Below the pieces are notes generated by a model. It had not been told where the DNA came from. It saw nothing but the letters and a program-made list of their open reading frames with translations, and did not search any database. A stretch of 64,000 nt of DNA from Candidatus Saccharimonadales bacterium. GTDB lineage: Bacteria; Patescibacteriota; Saccharimonadia; Saccharimonadales; JBGSXW01. How positions within the stretch are numbered: the first letter of the stretch is position 1; each line of letters begins with the position of its first letter. The stretch covers positions 350,591 through 414,590 of the forward strand of contig JBGSXW010000002.1 of assembly GCA_041751215.1 (NCBI GenBank), written 5' to 3'. Shown piece after piece: positions 55,512-62,900 of the stretch. Both the position numbers and the translations under genes were made by a program.

Positions 55512-56600
55512 ATGAGCGCTCGGGCATTCTACGATCCAGCAAAAACTTACGATGATAACTTTGATTCTGGTCCTTTTCTAACCAGTGACAACGACAAGCC
55601 ACTGGCAACAAAGACCGAGCCCAGCAAGAGCTATACCTTTCTCGGAAAAAAAGTAGGATTACCATTTGGAATCCCAGCCGGCCCGTTGCTGCATAGCGGG
55701 CACATAAAGTACGCCTTTGAGCGCGGCTTTGATATCAACTGCTATAAAACTCAACGAAGCGTTCCGTTTGGAGTAAATGAATTCCCGAATGTGCTGTATC
55801 TGGATATTGACGGTGATTTAACTTTAGAAAAAGCCGCAAATCCACAGCTTGGACTAACGTCTACCAAAAAAGGCCCGACAGAACTATCTATTACTAATTC
55901 GTTTGGTAATCCGTCTAAGGGTCCAGAGTTTTGGGTAGACGACCTCAAAAAAGCTTTGAGCTATCAGGGCGAAAACCAACTCTTGATCATGAGTGTGGTC
56001 GGGACAATTCAAGACGGATTTTCGGAAGAAGACTACTGGGACGATTTTGCTAAAGCCGCCGGATTGGCTGCCGATGCCGGAGTGGAAGCCATCGAACTTA
56101 ACTTGTCTTGTCCGAACGTCGCCAATGAGGGCGTTCTTTGCTACACCCATGACGCAGTCGTCGAAATCTGTAAACGAGTAAAAAACCGCGTCGGCAATAC
56201 GCCAGTTGTGGCCAAATTTGGCTACTTCTCGGCCGAGCAGCAAGAACTTCTTGAGAGCATCGTCAAAGATAGCTCACCATTCTTGGCTGCATATTCTTCG
56301 ATCAACACCATAGCAGCGCCAGTTGTAGACGAAAACGGGGACCAAGCTTTGCCAGGAGCAAATCGACTTAAAAGCGGGGTTTGCGGAGCTAGCATTAAGT
56401 GGGCTGGACTCGATATGGTTAAGCGACTCTCGGCCATCCGTGAAGCTAACAACTTAGACTACGAAATTATTGGAGTTGGAGGAGTAATGACGCCAGAGGA
56501 CTTTAACGACTACATAAGCGCCGGAGCAGATTCGGTGCAATCGGCTACGGGAGCAATGTGGAATCCAGGTTTAGCTGCCGAGATTAAAGCGAGCCTATAA
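55512..56600 (+). CDS. pyrD: dihydroorotate dehydrogenase-like flavoenzyme
   Basis: ELNLSCPNV active-site loop, a TIM-barrel pattern (GVGGV...) and its position beside pyrB/pyrC. Confidence 0.72.
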   Translation: MSARAFYDPAKTYDDNFDSGPFLTSDNDKPLATKTEPSKSYTFLGKKVGLPFGIPAGPLLHSGHIKYAFERGFDINCYKTQRSVPFGVNEFPNVLYLDIDGDLTLEKAANPQLGLTSTKKGPTELSITNSFGNPSKGPEFWVDDLKKALSYQGENQLLIMSVVGTIQDGFSEEDYWDDFAKAAGLAADAGVEAIELNLSCPNVANEGVLCYTHDAVVEICKRVKNRVGNTPVVAKFGYFSAEQQELLESIVKDSSPFLAAYSSINTIAAPVVDENGDQALPGANRLKSGVCGASIKWAGLDMVKRLSAIREANNLDYEIIGVGGVMTPEDFNDYISAGADSVQSATGAMWNPGLAAEIKASL

Positions 56601-57642
56601 CCCGGCCGCTGCCTGGCGCTACTAAAACTTTTCCCTCAGAAAAAACTAACTCGCCGCGCAAAAATGTTTGTTTAACTTGACCAGCTACCTTGCGTCCGGC
56701 AAAAGGACTCCAGCCGCACTTGGTAAGTAGTTTTTCATTCTCGATCGCAAACTCACCTAACTCGACTTCAACCTTTGAGCTCTCGTCTGTCTTGAGTTTA
56801 AAAATTCGTTGAGGGGAGCCGTGCAGAAGATCAATAAGCTTGGCTTGGCTAATCTTTCCTTCTTGCTGAGCAGTTAGCATTAAAGGTAGCGTGGTCTCGA
56901 GCCCAGGAACTCCAAAAGGTGGCTCGGCACTATCTTTCTCAGCCTTAGTATGCGGAGCATGATCGGATTCTATGATGTCTACGGCATCGATGTGGTTCCA
57001 CAAAAAGTCTAGGTCTTTTTGAGTCTTAAGATAAGGCTTCATGTGTCCGTAAGCACCAAGTCGATCGGCATCCTTGTTGGTCAAAAATAAGTGATGAGGC
57101 GTTACGCCGCACGAAATCGGAAGACCCTCCTCTTTAGCTTTCATTACAAACTCAAGCTCCGCTTGGCTCGAAACGTGACAAATGTGAGTTTGGCGCTTGG
57201 TTTTTCTGATGGCGTTAAGGACAATGTCGGATACGTCTTCTTCGGCGTGGAGTAAAATTGGCTTGCTAGCTGGCCAAGCTTCGTAAATCGAGAGCAACTT
57301 GGTTTTATCGATTATAAAGTTCCCGGTCGTGACGTTGAGATATATTTTAAGTCCGCAAACTTGATCGATTACTTTGCTAAATTCATCAAAATTATCGCCT
57401 AAGGTTCCAAAATGAAATCCGATGTCGCTGACTGTTTGTTTGGAGGCACTATCAATCTTAGTCTGCAGTTTTTTGCTAGTAGTTATTGGATCGGCGTTGT
57501 TTGGCATGTCGAGTACCGTGGTGTAGCCCCCAGCTAGCGCTGCCGAAGTGCCGGTGAAAAAATCTTCTTTGTGAGTCTGTCCTGGATCTCGAAGATGCAC
57601 GTGCGGATCAATTAAACCTGGCAGCGTGATGATCTTATTCAT
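56584..57642 (-). CDS. pyrC: dihydroorotase
   Basis: LIDPHVHLRDPG metal-binding motif and the amidohydrolase pattern. Confidence 0.8.
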   Translation of the reverse strand: MNKIITLPGLIDPHVHLRDPGQTHKEDFFTGTSAALAGGYTTVLDMPNNADPITTSKKLQTKIDSASKQTVSDIGFHFGTLGDNFDEFSKVIDQVCGLKIYLNVTTGNFIIDKTKLLSIYEAWPASKPILLHAEEDVSDIVLNAIRKTKRQTHICHVSSQAELEFVMKAKEEGLPISCGVTPHHLFLTNKDADRLGAYGHMKPYLKTQKDLDFLWNHIDAVDIIESDHAPHTKAEKDSAEPPFGVPGLETTLPLMLTAQQEGKISQAKLIDLLHGSPQRIFKLKTDESSKVEVELGEFAIENEKLLTKCGWSPFAGRKVAGQVKQTFLRGELVFSEGKVLVAPGSGRVIGSL

Positions 57643-57662
57643 TCTGCTATTTTAGCAGCTGC

Positions 57663-57668
57663 TATAGT
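57663..57668 (+). promoter_or_regulatory. extended -10 (TGc-TATAGT) exactly 6 nt before ATG 57675
   Basis: TGCTATAGT-ATTTTT-ATG with no SD. Confidence 0.4.
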
Positions 57669-57674
57669 ATTTTT

Positions 57675-58283
57675 ATGACAAAAGTAAGCTTTGATGACCT
57701 GCGCAAACTCTACCTAGAGGCGATCATCCCCTTTCATGAAATTAAGCGGGATATTTGTTTACCGCTTGATGAACATCGACCAGACAACGATGCCGAGCAT
57801 TCATGGTCATTGGCTTTAATGGCCTGCGCCTTAGCAGCAGAAGTAGACAAAGAGCTCGATGTTGGCCAAGTAACAATTTTTGCGGTTGTTCACGACCTGG
57901 TAGAAATCTACGCCGGCGACACTTCGGTTTGGAGCGATCCAGATCAGCTTGCAAACAAGAATGATCGCGAGGCCAAGGCTTTGAAAAAGATTGCCCAAAA
58001 TTTTAGTGCGTTTCCTGGCTTGGTTAAGCATGTTCAAAATTACGAGTCCAAGGAAAGCGCAGAAGCTAAGTTTGTTTATGCCCTAGATAAGTTTTTGAAC
58101 CTACTTAATCTGCTCGAAGATAAAGGTCACTTTTATCGAGATCTGCGCAAAATTACAAAAGCTCAGGTTGATGAGCAGCTCAAAGAGCACCGAGAAAAAG
58201 GCATGAGCGATCCAAATGTAGCCCCATATTACAAAAAGCTACGCGAAGCCTTTGATGCCCATCCAGAGTATTTTTATAAGTAG
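57675..58283 (+). CDS. HD-domain phosphohydrolase (YfbR-like 5'-nucleotidase)
   Basis: EHSWSLALMA...VHDLVEIYAGD (the H...HD...D pattern). Confidence 0.75.
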   Translation: MTKVSFDDLRKLYLEAIIPFHEIKRDICLPLDEHRPDNDAEHSWSLALMACALAAEVDKELDVGQVTIFAVVHDLVEIYAGDTSVWSDPDQLANKNDREAKALKKIAQNFSAFPGLVKHVQNYESKESAEAKFVYALDKFLNLLNLLEDKGHFYRDLRKITKAQVDEQLKEHREKGMSDPNVAPYYKKLREAFDAHPEYFYK

Positions 58284-58319
58284 GCTTCTGGTCGGAATGA
58301 ATCTCAGAAATTACAAAAA

Positions 58320-58868
58320 CTAAATAAGTTCTAGAATTTCGCAGTTACCAATGCGAGCTACTTCATGAGTGTATTCGTGATGATGTGGTCGCTCCTCAAC
58401 TACTAGTCTGAATGCGCGGCCGAATGATCCGTGACTAACAACCAGAATCACGTTTTCTGGGCGCGTTTTTAAGTATTGCAATGCTTCGGCTGCTCGCTCA
58501 TGCATAGCCTCAAAAGTTTCTGCACCATTTACTTTGTCCATCTCCTTGTAGTGATGAACTTTTATAAAATCTGGGGCAGACTTTCCCTCTTGATCTCCGA
58601 AGTTGCGCTCAACAAACCGATCGTCCGTAACGATTTTGTCTGCTGGGTAATCGATCTGCTCGGCAATTAGTTTAGCCGTATTGTGAGCTCTAGATAACGG
58701 AGAGCAGATTATTAAATCAATCTTTGGATGTTTTTCATGAATAACTGCACCAGCTGCACGAGCTTGCTCTTTGCCTTCTTCGGTTAACTTAGCGTCAGTC
58801 AAACCAGCAAACTGCTCCAACACGTTCATGTCGGTTTGACCGTGGCGCACAAAGAAAAGTTTTTTCAT
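58320..58868 (-). CDS. histidine phosphatase family protein
   Basis: MKKLFFVRHGQTDMN (RHG) and ...SHG. Start moved to ATG 58868. Confidence 0.8.
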   Translation of the reverse strand: MKKLFFVRHGQTDMNVLEQFAGLTDAKLTEEGKEQARAAGAVIHEKHPKIDLIICSPLSRAHNTAKLIAEQIDYPADKIVTDDRFVERNFGDQEGKSAPDFIKVHHYKEMDKVNGAETFEAMHERAAEALQYLKTRPENVILVVSHGSFGRAFRLVVEERPHHHEYTHEVARIGNCEILELI

Positions 58869-58892
58869 AACAGATACAACTATACCAGATGG

Positions 58893-58898
58893 TATAAT
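58893..58898 (+). promoter_or_regulatory. extended -10 (TGg-TATAAT) exactly 6 nt before ATG 58905
   Basis: TGGTATAAT-TCCTGC-ATG. Confidence 0.4.
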
Positions 58899-58904
58899 TC
58901 CTGC

Positions 58905-59210
58905 ATGCTTAACCTTTTTGCCCATGCCGGTGAGGTTCACGATGACGTGTTAGATAGCACCGCGCACTTACTAGATTTATGGTACGTTACGTTACCAATT
59001 TACGTCTTGGCTATCGCTGCCATAACGATTGTCTCTTACTACGCCACTAAAAAATCAGTTAATGCTGCATTTTTAGTTTTAAACACCGCCTTGCTAGTTG
59101 GTGGGCTAGTGATGTATCAACTTTCACCAACTGTCAGCGCGGTTTCTCTTAGTCTTGGCTTTACAATGGCCTTAATTTCGGTGTTAGGTGGACTAAAGGT
59201 AGGAAAATAA
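58905..59210 (+). CDS. small three-TM membrane protein
   Basis: MLNLFAHAGEVHDD followed by hydrophobic helices. The start was chosen to avoid overlap with the divergent gene. Confidence 0.4.
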   Translation: MLNLFAHAGEVHDDVLDSTAHLLDLWYVTLPIYVLAIAAITIVSYYATKKSVNAAFLVLNTALLVGGLVMYQLSPTVSAVSLSLGFTMALISVLGGLKVGK

Positions 59211-59737
59211 TGCCCCATATCCACACCGAGCCCGGGCATCACGACCAAACTGCAAGCGCCATAATCGTACGTACCGATGGCTCAGAGCCACGAGTCATGC
59301 TGCATCGTCACAAAAAACTAGGGCTCTATTTGCAGTTTGGCGGACACATTGAGTTGGATGAAACACCTTGGCAGGCGATTGCCCACGAACTTGAAGAAGA
59401 GTCCGGCTACACGCTCGGACAATTGAACATACTGCAACCACCAGATCGTCTAAAGGATCTACCGTCGAACGACCTTCACCCATATCCCATCTGCCAAATT
59501 ACTCATCGTTTTAGTGATATTCACAACCATACCGACACGATGTACGGTTTTATAACCGATCAAGAACCCTCAAAAACAATCGCCGAAGGTGAGTCAACCG
59601 ACATAAAGCTTTTTAGCAAAGCTGAGTTAAAGGATTTTCAGGCTAACGACATTCAACCCGACATTGCTGCCACGGCCTTATTTGTACTCGACGTGGCGTT
59701 GAGCAAATGGGATATTCTAAAAACTAAAGATCTTTAG
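59210..59737 (+). CDS. NUDIX hydrolase
   Basis: Nudix box GGHIELDETPWQAIAHELEEESGY. Confidence 0.8.
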   Translation: MPHIHTEPGHHDQTASAIIVRTDGSEPRVMLHRHKKLGLYLQFGGHIELDETPWQAIAHELEEESGYTLGQLNILQPPDRLKDLPSNDLHPYPICQITHRFSDIHNHTDTMYGFITDQEPSKTIAEGESTDIKLFSKAELKDFQANDIQPDIAATALFVLDVALSKWDILKTKDL

Positions 59738-60039
59738 GCTGGTCTAGCCGAACAACAACCACAACCGCAAGGTCCAGTTGGTTCGGCAGCAATTGTTACC
59801 CCGCCTATTTTGATTTCGTTAAAGCTAGTGTCAAACAGCTGATGTGTTGGATTAACTGATCTAACCACAGCCGTGCGCTCCGATTTTGCTGGAGTTAAAC
59901 CAAGAACAGTTTTGCTAACCTGAACTGTCATCAAGTACGCTATCGTAAACGCTGAGGTTACAATGATTAAACTTGATGCAACAACTTTTGATTTATTCAT
60001 TCTAAGCGCAAGTATAGTATCCTTCGTCCTCAAGCTCAA
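59734..60039 (-). CDS. hypothetical anchored protein with C-terminal CGCGCC motif
   Basis: An ORF with a TM helix and the C-terminus ...EPTGPCGCGCCSARPA. Confidence 0.4.
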   Translation of the reverse strand: MSLRTKDTILALRMNKSKVVASSLIIVTSAFTIAYLMTVQVSKTVLGLTPAKSERTAVVRSVNPTHQLFDTSFNEIKIGGVTIAAEPTGPCGCGCCSARPA

Positions 60040-60042
60040 GCG

Positions 60043-60525
60043 CTATCTAGCAAGTGCGCGTAGAGTAAGTAAATCGACTTCTGATTTGTTGTGTCTATCA
60101 TCGTTGACCCACGCAGCTTCAATGGTTGCAACGTAGATTCTCAGCGGGCTTTCATCAAGAAAATCCTCGACTGGTGGCACGGTCTTGCCCCGAAAACGAA
60201 CTTCCAGTAAGCGCTTGAGCTCATTCGTATCAACCACTTCATGCGCTACGGCCTTGGTGTAAAAACCAAAGTCGCCCACGTCTTCTGTTTCACTGAAAAC
60301 GGTAATAGATACCTGAGGATTTTTCTTAATATGCTCTGAGTGCTGCGTATCTTTTAAAGATTTCCAGATGATATTCACGTCTGAGTCATAGCTCAAGTTC
60401 AAGCAAACACACCACGGCGCTCCCTCCGAATCGACAGTCGCCAAAGCAAACTGCTTGTGACGCGGCAAGTTATCGAGCACAAAGGACGCAACAGATTTTG
60501 GATCGTTTTCGTTAAAGTTGCTCAT
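60043..60525 (-). CDS. pyridoxamine 5'-phosphate oxidase-like FMN-binding protein
   Basis: The size and split-barrel pattern fit (...ATVDSEGAPWCVCLN...). This is a weak motif-level call. Confidence 0.5.
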   Translation of the reverse strand: MSNFNENDPKSVASFVLDNLPRHKQFALATVDSEGAPWCVCLNLSYDSDVNIIWKSLKDTQHSEHIKKNPQVSITVFSETEDVGDFGFYTKAVAHEVVDTNELKRLLEVRFRGKTVPPVEDFLDESPLRIYVATIEAAWVNDDRHNKSEVDLLTLRALAR

Positions 60526-60540
60526 AAGGGTAATTATACA

Positions 60541-60729
60541 CGTCGAGAAGTGGCGGCCTTGTTAACAGAACCGCAGTGCTTGATTTGGTTTCTGGCCAGG
60601 AAGAACTGAAACACAGACCGATGCTGTGTAACTGACACCGCTCGGGAGTATTGGAGGCTCTGACGCCGCCAGAAAGCAAAAGGCCGGCAGCGCAGTGAGC
60701 TATGCTCGCTGGCAGGCCGGCCGATCAAG
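60541..60729 (-). repeat. GC-rich structured intergenic element, copy C
   Basis: The core 60596-60670 aligns to copy B at 53/75 without gaps. The hairpin GCTGTGT/ACACCGC covaries with GCTGTGC/GCACTGC of A and B. An 8-bp hairpin CAGTGAGC-TAT-GCTCGCTG is present. Confidence 0.6.
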
Positions 60730-60734
60730 TTCTG

Positions 60735-60781
60735 TGGTAGCGGCGACTGGATTTGAACCAGTGACCCCAGGCTTATGAGTC
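60735..60781 (-). pseudogene. truncated tRNA(CAT): 3' half only (anticodon loop to CCA)
   Basis: GACTCATAAGCCTGGGGTCACTGGTTCAAATCCAGTCGCCGCTACCA is 40/47 identical to the 3' half of the intact tRNA at 60949-61025, with compensatory T-stem changes. There is no matching 5' acceptor strand upstream. Confidence 0.8.
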
Positions 60782-60948
60782 TTGCCTTTGACGCTAATGC
60801 TAACGACTTCACCAAGGTGTACGAACGAGCATCACTGCGTTTTCGTCAGCACATGATTGGTGCTATTGCCGTCAACTCTAGCCGTCAGAATGATTAACAC
60901 GAGCAGGGATTAAGTTGTTATTTGTATAACTTTTTTAATAAAGTCAAA

Positions 60949-61025
60949 TGGTAGCACCGACAGGAATTGAACCTGTGACCTTAGGCTTATGAGTCCTACG
61001 CTCTAACCAACTGAGCTACGGTGCC
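60949..61025 (-). tRNA. tRNA with CAT anticodon (elongator Met or lysidine-dependent Ile2)
   Basis: GGCACCG/CGGTGCT acceptor, loop CTCATAA, T-arm ACAGG-TTCAATT-CCTGT, encoded ACCA. It is not initiator-like. There is an A31-G39 mismatch. Confidence 0.9.
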
Positions 61026-61154
61026 ACATTAAGCTAATATATCATAATACGCCCCTGTTGGCTACTGTAAAAGCTAGGTGCTAGATACTTTGGCTTATTA
61101 AGTCAAATGCCCTACGAACTACCGACCCACCATGCCTACCTATATAGTTGCCGA

Positions 61155-62066
61155 CTATAATAGGAAATGCTTAACGATAGCCATACGCATGTATAAGCCT
61201 AATTCATTTTGAATAAAGTAGTAGGCTTTCGGGGATTTATCAACTTCTGTGTCTATCTCGTCAATTCTTGGCAATGGGTTCATGATTATACAGTCCTCAG
61301 CTAATAAAGCTTCAATCTTACTATCTATAATGTACTGTCGGACTATTTTCTGGCTAAAAGTTCCCGATGGATTTATGGGCGGAAAGCCAGCACTATAAAC
61401 TACCTGTTCATTACCAAGCTCTTGTTTGGTAATTTGCTTTAATGAATTGCTCTTCTTGAAGTCATCAGTATATTTATCTGGTAAGCTCAACTCTTTTGGT
61501 GTTATCTCATTCACTGTATTACCCGAAAACTTGGCAAGTAAAAGCATTAGCGAATGTACCGAGCGAGAATAACGGGTATCGCCGATAAAAGTAATGGTTA
61601 GATTATCTAGCCTTCCAAACCTAACCCATATTGCGTATGCGTCAATCAGTGCTTGTGATGGGTGTTCATCATAGCCATTTCCGCAGTTGATAATCGGGTA
61701 GTCAGTAAAGGGCGTGACTTCTTTAAAAACCCTTTCATCATGATGACGAATAAAATATGCGTTCACATACGCATTCAAAGTCCTGATGGTATCAGGCATA
61801 CTTTCAGCCCACCCCTCTGATACGCTAGGCTTTGCTTCATCAAGTAGCACAGATTTATATCCAAGCTTCCAAGAAGCCGTTTCAAAACCAATTCTAGTAC
61901 GGGTTGAGGGCTGGAAAAAGAGCAAGCCAAATAACTTAGAATTATCTATACCGTTACTGTTAATGGGCTTTAAGCGGAAATCATTAGCTGTCGCAAAAAG
62001 GCTGAGAATATCTTCTCGTTTTAAGTCTTTAATGGATAGCAAGTTCATTACTTGATAATAACCCAA
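61155..62066 (-). CDS. divergent aspartate/ornithine transcarbamylase-family paralog (substrate unknown)
   Basis: The carbamoyl-phosphate site is conserved (STRTR, HPSQ, GDTRYSRSVHS, NPLPR), but the ATCase TR(V/I)QKER aspartate-binding motif is absent. Confidence 0.7.
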   Translation of the reverse strand: MGYYQVMNLLSIKDLKREDILSLFATANDFRLKPINSNGIDNSKLFGLLFFQPSTRTRIGFETASWKLGYKSVLLDEAKPSVSEGWAESMPDTIRTLNAYVNAYFIRHHDERVFKEVTPFTDYPIINCGNGYDEHPSQALIDAYAIWVRFGRLDNLTITFIGDTRYSRSVHSLMLLLAKFSGNTVNEITPKELSLPDKYTDDFKKSNSLKQITKQELGNEQVVYSAGFPPINPSGTFSQKIVRQYIIDSKIEALLAEDCIIMNPLPRIDEIDTEVDKSPKAYYFIQNELGLYMRMAIVKHFLL

Positions 62067-62193
62067 AATAATTTTTTACAATAGTACTTCCAGGGTGTAA
62101 TATTATATATAGAACAATAATTGGACTTTCCACATGTGATAGCTTAAAAATCGCTAGCTGGTATTGGAAAAAATAAGAGGGTAAACAAATTAT

Positions 62194-62898
62194 ATGACAG
62201 AACGCTTACCAGAAAGTATTGAACGAACCGAGGAGCCCACACGTGAGATTGGCAGGCTAGTCCTTGACGTTATTCAGACAAGACGAAGTATCCGTGAGGG
62301 ATTTATGGATATACCAGTCTCAAACGATGTCATTAACGGAATTATTCAGAGTGGCTTAACAGCACCATCAAGTAAAAATGCACAGCCCTGGCGGGTTCAT
62401 GTGGTTCATAGAGGAGAGATGCTTGATGACATTGCCGACTATGTGCAAAGTGCTAAGGATGCAAGTCGATATGCGCCAATAGACCCTGCAACAGAAGAAA
62501 TACGAGAATGGCCTTCCACTGTAGCTGAATCTGCTCAAACTCTAAGAGGTGTAAGCGTTGGTTTATTTGTTGAAAATACAGTTCCTTTTAGTGAAGGCAA
62601 GAACTATTTATCCAAGTATATAAGACAAAATGAAGGGGTACTTTTGGATGGCTATGCTTTGGAAATGATGAGCCTTGGTGCAATGATACAAAATATGTGG
62701 TTAAGTGCCCACGCACAAGGCCTTTCTGGTGTATTTATGGGTGATGTAATGGTCGCTGAAGATGATATACGAGAACGACTAGAAATTGACGGTGATTTAA
62801 CAGGCGTTCTTGCACTTGGTTATGCAGACCAGAACACATTTGATAAGAAGCTAAGGGGTGATAAAGTAGTCTTTCACACGATGGGTGAGGAGGTATAG
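62194..62898 (+). CDS. nitroreductase-family flavoprotein
   Basis: TRRSIREGF...APSSKNAQPWRVHVV. Confidence 0.8.
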   Translation: MTERLPESIERTEEPTREIGRLVLDVIQTRRSIREGFMDIPVSNDVINGIIQSGLTAPSSKNAQPWRVHVVHRGEMLDDIADYVQSAKDASRYAPIDPATEEIREWPSTVAESAQTLRGVSVGLFVENTVPFSEGKNYLSKYIRQNEGVLLDGYALEMMSLGAMIQNMWLSAHAQGLSGVFMGDVMVAEDDIRERLEIDGDLTGVLALGYADQNTFDKKLRGDKVVFHTMGEEV

Positions 62899-62900
62899 TT

